Positions 27,963-37,076 of a DNA stretch of 64,000 bases are shown here, piece after piece. The DNA lies in the NCBI GenBank assembly GCA_965203055.1, contig OZ241863.1, forward strand, positions 1,152,001 through 1,216,000, read 5' to 3'. Under the pieces are notes generated by a model that was given only the letters and a program-made list of their open reading frames with translations, made no database searches and was not told the origin of the DNA. Every line of letters starts with the position of its first letter. Position 1 is the stretch's first letter. Made by a program: the position numbers and the translations under genes. The DNA is from Spirochaetia bacterium (GTDB taxonomy: Bacteria; Spirochaetota; Spirochaetia; SZUA-6; Bin103).

Positions 27963-29312
27963 CTACCCGTCCGCGGCAGCGCGCCGCGGAGCCTCCCGAG
28001 CGGGATCCGCCGGGGCAATGGCGGCCACGCCGGTGTAGGGGCGCAGGACCTCGGGCACCGTCACCGCGCCGTCCGCGCGCTGATACGTTTCCAACAGCGC
28101 CGGCAGCAGCCGGCTGGTGGCCAGACCGGACGCGTTGAGGGTGTGCGCGAAGGTGGTGCCGGCCGCGCCGCGCAGCCGCGTGCGGGCGCGGCGCGCCTGG
28201 TAGTCGCGGGTGTTGGAGGCGGAACTGACCTCTTCGTAGCTCCGCATGCTCGGAATCCACACCTCGACGTCGAAGGTCTTGGCGGCGGCGGCGCTGCAAT
28301 CGCCGGCCGCGAGCTGCGACACCCGGTAGTGCAGCCCCAGATCGCGCACCAGCGACTCGGCCTGCTCCAGCATGCCGGGCAGCGCGGCGTCCGACTGCTC
28401 CGGGGCCACGAACTGGAACAGCTCCACCTTGTGGAACTGATGGCCGCGAATCGTGCCGCGGTCGTGCGCGCGGTAGCTGCCCGCCTCGCGGCGGTAGCAG
28501 GGGGAGAAGGCGCAATACTTGCGGGGCAGGGTGGCGGCGTCGAGGATCTCGTCCTTATGGAGGGCGGCAAGAGCGGTCTCCGCGGTGGGAATCAGCACCT
28601 GGCCGGCGCCGGCCGGCGCCTCCGGCTTGCCGTCGCCATCGCCGTCACCGGCGCCGGCCAGCCGGTACACGTCCTGGCCGAACTTCGGGAACTGCCCCGA
28701 GACGTAGCCGCACTCCCAGTTCACGACGTGGGGCACCAGCAGCAACTCGTAGCCGGCCGCCACGTTGCGGGCGATGCAGTAGTTGATCAGCGCCCACTCC
28801 AGCAGCGCGCCGTCGCCGCGGTAGACCCAGAAGCCGTTGCCGGCGATCTTCACGCCGCGGGCGAAGTCGATCAGCCCCAGATTGGCGGCGATGGTCAGGT
28901 GGTCCAGGGGCGGGAACTCCTGGTGCGGCGGCTCGCCCCAGACGCGCAGCACGGCGTTGCTTTCCTTGCCGCCCGCGGCCACGTCGGCGTCCGGCAGGTT
29001 GGGGAGCTGCTCCAGGAACTCCCGGATGCGGCGTTCCAGCGCGGCGCGTTCGCCGTCCAACTGCTTGATGCGTTGGCCGACCCCGCGCATCTCCTCGATC
29101 AGCGGCTGCACCGGTTCGCCGCGGCGCTTGACCTGCGGGATCAGGCCCGACACCTCGTTGCGCCGCGCGCGCAACGCGTCGCCTTCGACGACGAGGCTGC
29201 GGCGGCGCGCGTCCCACTCCAGCAGCGGCGCGAACTCCACCCGCGCGCCGCGCTTGGCCAGGGCCGCGGCCACGCCGGCGGGGTCGGAACGGATCCGGTT
29301 CAGATCGAGCAT
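27963..29312 (-). CDS. serS: Serine--tRNA ligase
   Basis: MLDLNRIR, LIPTAET, YRREAG, HQFHKVE, HTLNASGLA. Confidence 0.97.
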   Translation of the reverse strand: MLDLNRIRSDPAGVAAALAKRGARVEFAPLLEWDARRRSLVVEGDALRARRNEVSGLIPQVKRRGEPVQPLIEEMRGVGQRIKQLDGERAALERRIREFLEQLPNLPDADVAAGGKESNAVLRVWGEPPHQEFPPLDHLTIAANLGLIDFARGVKIAGNGFWVYRGDGALLEWALINYCIARNVAAGYELLLVPHVVNWECGYVSGQFPKFGQDVYRLAGAGDGDGDGKPEAPAGAGQVLIPTAETALAALHKDEILDAATLPRKYCAFSPCYRREAGSYRAHDRGTIRGHQFHKVELFQFVAPEQSDAALPGMLEQAESLVRDLGLHYRVSQLAAGDCSAAAAKTFDVEVWIPSMRSYEEVSSASNTRDYQARRARTRLRGAAGTTFAHTLNASGLATSRLLPALLETYQRADGAVTVPEVLRPYTGVAAIAPADPAREAPRRAAADG

Positions 29313-29418
29313 CGACCCGGCCAGGGTAGCACGCGCGGGCGGCGCGCGTCGCGCGCCGTTGGCGACCGGCTGCGGCCGGCGAAGGGGCGCGGGCCGTGGC
29401 TGGCGGCGGCTCCGCCGG

Positions 29419-30141
29419 CTAGGGCGGCGCCGCTCCGGGCGGGCGGCGTTCCAGCTCCCGGCGCGCGGCGGCGAGGCGCGGGCGCCACGCCGGCGGCAGG
29501 TGGACCGCGCCGGCCAGCCGGAACCCGTCCACCAGCCCGCGCAGCAGGGCGCGGCGCTCGGCCGCCGAGGCGACGCGCCGCTTGGCGAGTTCCCGTACCT
29601 CTCCCAGGCCGTCGAGGAACTGCTCCAGTTCGGCGCCCGCGGCGCCGTCCCGGAAGATCGCTTCCAGGTCGCGGCGCACCCGCCCGGCCAGGGCCGGGGA
29701 GGCGTTGCTGGTGCTGATGCTGAGGCGCAGGTGGCCGCAGGTCACCAGGGCGGCCATCGCCACCGTAGAGTACTGCGGCAGGTCGAAGGTGTTGATCGGG
29801 ATGCGCCGCCGCCGCGCCTGCGCGAACACGCGCCGGCACAGGGCGGCGTCGGAGCGCACCGTGTTCAACACCAGCGCGGCGCGGCGCAGGTCGCCGCGCC
29901 GGTAGCGGCGCCGGGAGTGCCGGATGCGGCCGGCGGCCGCCCACGCGTCCAGCTCCCGGTTCAGGTCCGGCGCCACCACCAGCACCTCGGCGCGCGCCTG
30001 CAGCAGGCGCGCGGTCTTGTCGCCGGCCTCGGCGCCGCCGCCGATCACCAGACAGCGGCGCCCGGCCACGTCCAGGCCGATCTGAAAGTGGGGGTTGAAC
30101 TCCGCGTGGTCACGGGTACTAATGGCAGCCAACGCCGCCAT
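29419..30141 (-). CDS. Precorrin-2 dehydrogenase/ferrochelatase (CysG N-terminal/SirC-like)
   Basis: CLVIGGG Rossmann motif, ISTSNASPALA. Confidence 0.85.
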   Translation of the reverse strand: MAALAAISTRDHAEFNPHFQIGLDVAGRRCLVIGGGAEAGDKTARLLQARAEVLVVAPDLNRELDAWAAAGRIRHSRRRYRRGDLRRAALVLNTVRSDAALCRRVFAQARRRRIPINTFDLPQYSTVAMAALVTCGHLRLSISTSNASPALAGRVRRDLEAIFRDGAAGAELEQFLDGLGEVRELAKRRVASAAERRALLRGLVDGFRLAGAVHLPPAWRPRLAAARRELERRPPGAAPP

Positions 30142-30172
30142 GATAGTGCGGCTTCCACGATGGGGACAGACG

Positions 30173-31321
30173 ATGCCGGATACCGTTTCCTACCACTCGA
30201 TCAAGCCCGCCGCGGCGTGCCGCTACGATCTGCTCGCACTCGGCGAGGTGATGCTGCGCATCGACCCACGCGACGTGCCCACCGCGCGCATGCGGGACAA
30301 CATCCGCGTCTCCCAGGGCGGCGGTGAGACCAACGTCGCGTGCGGCGCCGCCTACACCTTCGGCCTGCGCGCCGGCGTGCTCACCGCCCTGGTGGACGAC
30401 GCCATCGGCGAAAACATCCGCAATCAATTGCGCGAGGCCGGGGTGGACGTCAGCAACATTCTGTGGTGGAACACCGCCGGCGACGGCGGCGCGCACTCCA
30501 CCGATCAGAAGGGCACCCTGCACAATGGCATCAGCGTGACCACCGCCGGCCGCGGCGTGCTGCCGTCGGAGACGCTCTACTACCGCGCCCATACGCCGGC
30601 CGCCCGTCTGCGCCCCGGCGACTTCGACTTCGAGCGCCTGTTCGCCCACCAGGGAACCCGCATCTTCAGCACCGGCGGCATTCTGACGCTGATCGGCAGC
30701 GAGACCGCAGAGCTGGCGATCGCGGCCGCGCGCACCGCCCAGGCCAATGGCAGCTTCGTGGCCGCGGACCTCAACTACCGCTCCAAGGTGGAGCCCAACA
30801 AGGAGCGCGCGCGCGCCATCAACCGCCGCCTCGCGCCCTATCTCAGCATGCTGGTGGGCAACGACTCCGACCTCTCCGACGCCTTCGGCTACCAGACCGC
30901 GGCGCCGGCCTCCGACTCGTTCGACGACTGGCTGGCGGTCTACCGGGACACCATCGCGCAGGTGGCGCGCGACTTCCCCAACCTGAGTCTGATCGGCACG
31001 CAGTGGCGCGGCGCCCACGACGCCGACGAGATCAGTTGGGGCGCGGTGCTCTACGACTGCGCCGCCGGCGCCTGGTACCGCGCGCCGTTGCGCGAGCAGG
31101 TGCACATCACCGACCGCACCGGCGGCGGCGACTCGTTCGCCTGCGGCGTGCTGGCGGCGCTGCTGAAGGGCGAGTCGCTGCAGACCGCGGCGGAGTGGGG
31201 CGCCGCGCACGGCATCCTGGTGCAGGAGACGCCGGGCGACATCACCATGGTGAACCAGCGCGCGGTGGAGGCGGAGGTGCGGCGGGCCGCGGCCGGCGGC
31301 GGCGTCAAGGCCGCGCGCTGA
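30173..31321 (+). CDS. PfkB family sugar kinase (KdgK-like)
   Basis: LGEVMLR, GGGETNVA, DLNYR, DRTGGGDSFACG. Confidence 0.9.
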   Translation: MPDTVSYHSIKPAAACRYDLLALGEVMLRIDPRDVPTARMRDNIRVSQGGGETNVACGAAYTFGLRAGVLTALVDDAIGENIRNQLREAGVDVSNILWWNTAGDGGAHSTDQKGTLHNGISVTTAGRGVLPSETLYYRAHTPAARLRPGDFDFERLFAHQGTRIFSTGGILTLIGSETAELAIAAARTAQANGSFVAADLNYRSKVEPNKERARAINRRLAPYLSMLVGNDSDLSDAFGYQTAAPASDSFDDWLAVYRDTIAQVARDFPNLSLIGTQWRGAHDADEISWGAVLYDCAAGAWYRAPLREQVHITDRTGGGDSFACGVLAALLKGESLQTAAEWGAAHGILVQETPGDITMVNQRAVEAEVRRAAAGGGVKAAR

Positions 31322-31337
31322 AAGCCATAGCGCCCCC

Positions 31338-32381
31338 ATGAGATACCGCGCGCTGGGCCGAACCGGTCTGCAGGTGAGCGAACTCGGCATGGGCGGCGCC
31401 TGGATCACGGCGCGCGCCGCGGCGCGGTCCGCGGGCATCGCCGCGGTGCGCCGCGCCCTGGAGCTCGGCGTCAACTACGTCGATACCGCGCCCGCCTACG
31501 CTGACAGCGAGGAGGTGGTCGGGCTGGCGCTGGAGGGCGTGGCGCAGCCGGTCGTCCTGTCCACCAAGCTGGGCGGGCGGCCGCAGCCGTTCGACGCCCG
31601 GGACAAGGACGCCCTGCGGCGTTCGGTCGACACCAGCCTGCGGCTGCTGCAGCGCGATCAGATCGACATCCTGATGATCCACGAGCCGGACCGCCCCGGC
31701 CAGCACGACTGGTTCACCGACTGGGAACGGTTTCACGGCCCCGTCATCGACCTGCTGGAGGAACTGAAGCAGGCCGGCGTGGTTCGCTTCACCGGGATCG
31801 GCGGCACCACCGCGTACACCATGGCGCACCTCATCGCCACCGGCCGGTTCGACGTGGTGCTGACCGCCTTCAATTACAGCCTGCTGTGGCAGGAAGCGCT
31901 GCTCGCGGTACTGCCCGAGGCCAAGCGGCAAGGGACCGGCATCGTGGTCGGCTCGCCGCTGCAGCAGGGGGCGTTGGCGCGGGTGTACCGGGAGGAGGTG
32001 GAGCGGGGCGCGCGCTGGCTCTCGGCGCCGCGCCGGGAGCAGTACCGGGCGCTCTACGCCCTGGTGGACGAGTTGCGGATCGGCCTCCCGGAGCTGGCGC
32101 TGCGGTTCGTGCTCTCCAACCCGGACATCTCCTGCACCCTGACCGGCGCCCGGTCCGTAGCCGAAGTGGAGGCGAACGTCGCCGCCGCCGAGCGCGGGCC
32201 GCTGTCCCCGGAGATCCTGGGCCGGATCGCGCAGATCGCCGCCCTGGTGCCGTTCCGGCCCTTCGAGGAGCCGTTCGTCATGCCGTTCGGCCGGCCCTAC
32301 CGGGGGCCGGGAGCGGCGAACCGCCAGCGCCGCGCTGGCGGCGCCGCTCGCGCGGCGGCGCAACGCCGCGGCCAGGTATGA
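31338..32381 (+). CDS. Aldo/keto reductase
   Basis: LGRTGLQVSELGMG, DTAPAY, STK, IHEPD. Confidence 0.92.
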   Translation: MRYRALGRTGLQVSELGMGGAWITARAAARSAGIAAVRRALELGVNYVDTAPAYADSEEVVGLALEGVAQPVVLSTKLGGRPQPFDARDKDALRRSVDTSLRLLQRDQIDILMIHEPDRPGQHDWFTDWERFHGPVIDLLEELKQAGVVRFTGIGGTTAYTMAHLIATGRFDVVLTAFNYSLLWQEALLAVLPEAKRQGTGIVVGSPLQQGALARVYREEVERGARWLSAPRREQYRALYALVDELRIGLPELALRFVLSNPDISCTLTGARSVAEVEANVAAAERGPLSPEILGRIAQIAALVPFRPFEEPFVMPFGRPYRGPGAANRQRRAGGAARAAAQRRGQV

Positions 32382-32607
32382 TACGCTGCCGGTGGCCGGA
32401 CCGGGTTGGCCGGACCGGGCCGACCGGCGGGCTGCGCGGGCCGGCATCCGCCGCGCCGGCGGCGCGCGGCCCGACCACGTAGCAGAACCGTAGAAATGGT
32501 GCTATCTTATCGGCGCATACCACCTTTGCAGGCAGGCCGCCGGGCGGGGCCTTGGTTCCGGGACCGGCGTCTGCGATATTTCGTCAGGTGGACAGGAGAC
32601 AGTTGGA

Positions 32608-32946
32608 GTGGAAATAAGCAACGAACGTGATGGCGGCGCCTTGATCGTGCAAGCGTCCGGGCGGGTGGATGGCAGCAACTCGCAGGAGTTTCAGGATGGT
32701 CTCGAAGAGGTCATCAATGAAGGCGAGCGCGCCGTGGTCCTGGATCTGCAGGAGCTCTCGTACATCAGCAGCTCCGGTCTGCGGGTCATGCTGCTGATAG
32801 CGCGCAAGCTGCAGCGACAGCAGGCCAAGTTTGCGCTGTGCTCGCTCTCGGAATCGATTCGCGAGGTATTCGAGATCAGCGGCTTCGACCGGATCATCCC
32901 GGTACACGCCTCGCGGCCGGAAGCGGTCGCCGCGGTCGCCGGCTGA
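32608..32946 (+). CDS. STAS-domain anti-anti-sigma factor
   Basis: GRVDGS, LSYISSSGLRV, EVFEISGF. Confidence 0.92.
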   Translation: MEISNERDGGALIVQASGRVDGSNSQEFQDGLEEVINEGERAVVLDLQELSYISSSGLRVMLLIARKLQRQQAKFALCSLSESIREVFEISGFDRIIPVHASRPEAVAAVAG

Positions 32947-33077
32947 CCTTGCGGGCTGCTCGCGCCGGGCGGAGTGCGTGGCATGAAGCGCCGGCGGCGA
33001 GTCAGGCTGGTTGTCTTGCGGAACGAGTTCGATCCGGCCGGCGCCGGTACGGCGCTCCGCCGCGGTGAGGTTGGGCC

Positions 33078-33497
33078 TTGAGCGCGAAGCTGCACCTGAA
33101 GCTCGAGGCCCGGCCCGAAGCGCTGGAGCGCATCACCTCCGCGATCGAGGAGCTGGGGGAGCGGGAAGAGTGGCCGCCCAAGCTGATGTTTCGCGTGAAT
33201 CTCGTACTGGAGGAGCTGGGCCTCAACGTCATGACGCACGGCCAGCGCGCCGGGGCGCGCGAGCTGGAAGTGATCCTGACCTCGGAGCCGGACACCGTGA
33301 CCATGGAGATCGTGGACGACGGCCCGCCGTTCGACCCGCTCCGGGACGCGCCGCCCCCCGACACGGAGGCGGAGCTGAATAAGCGCCCGGTGGGCGGGCT
33401 CGGCGTTCACTTGGTGCGCGAGATGATGGACGAGGTGCGCTACCGGTATGAGGATGGAAAGAACCGCCTGACCCTGGTCACCGCCACCTCCGCCTGA
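33078..33497 (+). CDS. Anti-sigma factor/Ser kinase (RsbW-like HATPase)
   Basis: EELGLNVMTHG, DDGPPFDP, GGLGVHLV. Confidence 0.9.
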   Translation: MSAKLHLKLEARPEALERITSAIEELGEREEWPPKLMFRVNLVLEELGLNVMTHGQRAGARELEVILTSEPDTVTMEIVDDGPPFDPLRDAPPPDTEAELNKRPVGGLGVHLVREMMDEVRYRYEDGKNRLTLVTATSA

Positions 33498-33620
33498 TCC
33501 CTGCCGCGGGAAAGGAAGGTAAGTTGCCGCAAGCTCGGGAAACCACTACCGTATCAGTGGTCGCTCGTTCTCCCGAGGGAATCGCCCGGTCCGACTCCAT
33601 GAGCAGGAGGTAACTGAGCC

Positions 33621-33866
33621 ATGGCCACTTTGAGTAATGAAATCGCTGCCTACGAGCGCATGCGCAACGACCTGGAACTCGACCACCTCGGCCAGTGGGT
33701 CGTGGTGCACGACGAAAAGCTGATCGGCACGTACGAGTCATTCGAGAAGGCAGCCGAGGACGCGGTGCAGCGCTTCGGCAGGGGGCCGTATTTGATCAGA
33801 CAGATCGGTGCGCCGCCGCTGGTACTACCTGCTGTGGTGCAGTATCGGCCAGTCCATGCCGGTTGA
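33621..33866 (+). CDS. Small DUF5678-like protein
   Basis: SD AGGAGG; GQWVVVHDEKLIGTYESFEKA...PYLIRQIG. Confidence 0.7.
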   Translation: MATLSNEIAAYERMRNDLELDHLGQWVVVHDEKLIGTYESFEKAAEDAVQRFGRGPYLIRQIGAPPLVLPAVVQYRPVHAG

Positions 33867-34299
33867 TTGCGGCTTCCCTGACCGTCCGGGGCTGCCAGGA
33901 CGGGATATGTTGGCCTTGTTCGGTCCGTCGCTGCCGGTGGAGATCGGTTTCGATCCGAACTTTCGGCCCGGTGTCCGGCCCAGTCTACCGGGACGACAGT
34001 TTCCCGCGCTGGTGGATACGGGTGCGGCCGCGTGTTGCATCGACTCGGCGCTCGCCGCTGCGTTGAAGTTGCCGCTCGTCGATCGGCAGCAGGTGGCTGG
34101 AGTCCATGGAAGCGGCGAGGTCGACATGCATCTTGCACAGATCTACGTCCCGGTCTTGGGTGTTACGGTGTATGGCCCATTCGCCGGCGTTCACCTGACT
34201 GCCGGAGGACAGCTTCATTTTGCGCTCATAGGCAGAACGTTCCTGCGGAACTTCACCTTGGTCTATGAGGGCAGGACTGGCGCGGTCACGCTTTCCTGA
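33856..34299 (+). CDS. Retropepsin-like aspartyl protease
   Basis: ALVDTGA catalytic motif and LIGRTFL; start overlaps the upstream gene. Confidence 0.85.
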   Translation: MPVDCGFPDRPGLPGRDMLALFGPSLPVEIGFDPNFRPGVRPSLPGRQFPALVDTGAAACCIDSALAAALKLPLVDRQQVAGVHGSGEVDMHLAQIYVPVLGVTVYGPFAGVHLTAGGQLHFALIGRTFLRNFTLVYEGRTGAVTLS

Positions 34300-34396
34300 C
34301 ATCCGGTCGAGCCGGGGCAGTGCGGATGAGCGCCTCAATGAGCGTGCGCCCCGGTGCTTGGTCGAAGTGGGCGGCGCCCCGTTTCGGTGACCTCTA

Positions 34397-35653
34397 GTGT
34401 TCGTTCGTTCCCGGAATCGGGCGCGGAACGCATCTCCGCGCCGCCGCTGGCTGCGGTTGCCGCGCGCCTCCACCGTGCTCGCGGTGGTGGTGGGATGCTA
34501 CGGCCTCCTGCTCCTGTTCATGGGGTTCTTGCTGTTGGTGGTGCCGGGCATCGAACTTCGCACCGGCGGCGAAGCAGTTGCGTCCCGCCAGGATGCCGCG
34601 GCGGGAGACACGGCGGACAGCGGCGCCCAGGTAATCGGCATCCTGTTCAGCTTCTTCGGCGTCCTCCTGATGCTGCTCGGCCGGGGCCTGCTGCAGCGCC
34701 GGCGCCGAGCCTGGGGCGCCGCCCTGGCGCTGGCCGCGGCAACCCTGCCGTCCACGCTGTTTCGCGTAGTCCACGGAGAAAGCATCCTCACCAACGTGCC
34801 GACGTTGCTGGTGATCGTCGGGTTGCTGGCGTTCCACCGGCAGTTCTCGGTGCGCGCCGCGCGCCGTTTCAGCTACGGGCAGGTGGTGGCCGGGATCGCC
34901 ATCGCGCTGGCGCTGGTCTACGGCGTCGTCGGCACCTATCTGATGCGGGAGCAGTTCCACGGCGTCGACAACTGGGCCGATGCGGCGTACTTCGCGCTGG
35001 TAGCCTACGTTACCCTGGGCTACGACTTCGACGTCGCCGAAATCTATCCGAACACCACCAACACGCGGTGGTTCGCGGTCTCGATGTATCTGATCGGCAT
35101 GACGCTGTTCATCACCGCCCTGACGGTGGCGCTGGGCCCGATCGTCGAAGGCCGCGTCAAGGGGGTGATGTACTTGGTGAAGCGGTTCCAACAGTTGCGC
35201 AACCACGTCGTGGTGTGCGGTTACAGCGGCGTTGCCGCCAGCGTCATCGACGAGATGCGCGACCGCGGCGTGGTGGTGGTGATCGTCGACGACCGCGAAA
35301 AGGTGGTGCAGCAACTGCGCGACAAAGGGCACGAGGTTCTGGAGGGCGACCCGACGTTGCGCGAGACGCTGATCGACGCCAGCGCCGGCAACGCGCGCGC
35401 GCTGATCGCGACCTTCGACAGCGATTCCATGAACACGCTGGTGGCGGTAAATGCCAAGGATCTGCGCGACTCCCTGCCGCGCGCCCGGTTTGCGATTCTG
35501 GTGCGCATCGAGGATGAGGAGAACGTCGAAAAAGTGCACCGCCTGGGAGTGGATGAAGTGATCTCCCCGTCGACCCTCGGCGGCCGGCTGCTCGCCGAGC
35601 ACGCGGTGGCGCTGACCGAGTCTCGAAGAAGCCAGACGCCGGCGAACGCGTAA
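34397..35653 (+). CDS. Ion channel with TrkA-N/RCK domain (Kch-like)
   Basis: TM bundle, pore helix AAYFALVAYVTLGYD, HVVVCGYS, GVDEVISP. Confidence 0.85.
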   Translation: MFVRSRNRARNASPRRRWLRLPRASTVLAVVVGCYGLLLLFMGFLLLVVPGIELRTGGEAVASRQDAAAGDTADSGAQVIGILFSFFGVLLMLLGRGLLQRRRRAWGAALALAAATLPSTLFRVVHGESILTNVPTLLVIVGLLAFHRQFSVRAARRFSYGQVVAGIAIALALVYGVVGTYLMREQFHGVDNWADAAYFALVAYVTLGYDFDVAEIYPNTTNTRWFAVSMYLIGMTLFITALTVALGPIVEGRVKGVMYLVKRFQQLRNHVVVCGYSGVAASVIDEMRDRGVVVVIVDDREKVVQQLRDKGHEVLEGDPTLRETLIDASAGNARALIATFDSDSMNTLVAVNAKDLRDSLPRARFAILVRIEDEENVEKVHRLGVDEVISPSTLGGRLLAEHAVALTESRRSQTPANA

Positions 35654-35662
35654 ACCCGGAGT

Positions 35663-36193
35663 CTATCCCGGGCGCACCAGTCGCCAGAGGGCGCGGCGCG
35701 CGCTGTCGATGGCCAGGAACGGACCCGGCGGCAGCCGCCGGTCGCGCCAGCGCACCTCGAAGTGCAGATGCGGTCCGGTGGCGCGGCCGCTCTGGCCGGC
35801 GGCGCCGATGCGCGCCCACTTCACCACCGGCCGGCCGGCGCGCGTGTTCGCGGCGTCCAGATGGGCGTACAGGGTCGAAAATCCCAGCCAGTGGCGAATG
35901 ATGACGTAGGTGCCCAGGGTGGGGCTGTGCCCCACCGCATCGACGATGCCGCTCTTGGCCGCGCGCACAGGACTGCCGCGCGGCGCGCCGAAGTCGATGC
36001 CCTTGTGAACTTCCAGCGCCAGCGGATTCCCGCTCTCCGGCCGCGTGCGCAGGAAGTAGCGTGAGGTGACCGGTCCCGATACGGGCCGCACGTACGGCGG
36101 GATCACCAGATTGAACGCCAGTGCCAGCAGCGCGATGCGCAGCAGCCATCGCCGCCGTCGCGGCGCAGGCGGCGCGCGCGCAGCCCGCTTCAC
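35663..36193 (-). CDS. M23 family metallopeptidase
   Basis: HKGID, YAHL, TGPHLHFEV; GTG start overlaps the upstream stop. Confidence 0.88.
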   Translation of the reverse strand: MKRAARAPPAPRRRRWLLRIALLALAFNLVIPPYVRPVSGPVTSRYFLRTRPESGNPLALEVHKGIDFGAPRGSPVRAAKSGIVDAVGHSPTLGTYVIIRHWLGFSTLYAHLDAANTRAGRPVVKWARIGAAGQSGRATGPHLHFEVRWRDRRLPPGPFLAIDSARRALWRLVRPG

Positions 36194-36666
36194 CCGAGGC
36201 TGAGCAGGAAGCGCTCGAATCGATCCAGACTCCGCCCAAGACCGGGATGGAGCTGGCGCACCTTCTTGACCAGGAAGTCGAGCCGGTCCCAGTCGTATGC
36301 AAGCTCGAAGTAGTTGCGCCTGAAGTGGCGGAACCTGAGCAACTCGTGCAACGCCGGGACATCCGGCGATGCCACGGCGCGGGGCCGCACCCCCTCGATC
36401 TCGAGCGTCATCTTTCGCAGCAGATCGGAATGCCAACGCTCCGGCGCCAGGCGGTTCTCGAAATACTGCGAGATGCGCAGGAAGATGGTCTCAGCGCAGG
36501 TGTAGTAGTTTTCCAGCAGCCCCGCAATGATGAGCGCCGACCGTTCGGTCTTGCCAAGCTGCGCGATTTCCTGGTCGAGAGCCTCGTCGATCGAGCTCCG
36601 AATCGTCTCCAATCGTTCCCGATTCTGTCGAATCAGCGCCGTCAGTTCACTCGTCGACGCGTTCAT
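36190..36666 (-). CDS. HEPN/HepT-like ribonuclease toxin
   Basis: LENYYT..E.IF.RI, WHSDLL, ELLRFRHF; coupled to MNT. Confidence 0.85.
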   Translation of the reverse strand: MNASTSELTALIRQNRERLETIRSSIDEALDQEIAQLGKTERSALIIAGLLENYYTCAETIFLRISQYFENRLAPERWHSDLLRKMTLEIEGVRPRAVASPDVPALHELLRFRHFRRNYFELAYDWDRLDFLVKKVRQLHPGLGRSLDRFERFLLSLG

Positions 36667-37048
36667 GGACTACCTTCCCGCGCCGTCTGACGTACTCCGC
36701 TACTTCGGCCGGCAACTTCTCCATCTCTACGACGTCGACGGGGGCAGTCGCGCCGTCGAGAGCGATACCGACCGTGCGGAAGTATTCTTCCGGGCCGCGC
36801 AATCCCTCAACGGCGATATCGATGTCGGAAATCTCGCTGAACCGACCGCGGTCGAGCAGCGAACCCCACTGGTAGATGCGGCGCGGGTTGACCTCACGCG
36901 CGATCCGCGCGATGACGGCGTCGGCCTCGCGGGTGGTCCGCTCGAACAACGCGTCGATCCGTGCGCGCCGCCGGTCGGCCTTGGCCTGCAGGAAGGCTCG
37001 TACCTTGTCCAGGTCGATGGGGTGGTCGGCATGCATGACAACGGCCAT
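36647..37048 (-). CDS. Minimal nucleotidyltransferase antitoxin (MNT)
   Basis: QWGSLL...SDIDIAVEG, VDVVEME. Confidence 0.88.
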   Translation of the reverse strand: MAVVMHADHPIDLDKVRAFLQAKADRRRARIDALFERTTREADAVIARIAREVNPRRIYQWGSLLDRGRFSEISDIDIAVEGLRGPEEYFRTVGIALDGATAPVDVVEMEKLPAEVAEYVRRRGKVVHERVDE

Positions 37049-37076
37049 TGCAGTATAGCCGTAGCGCCGGCGGCGG

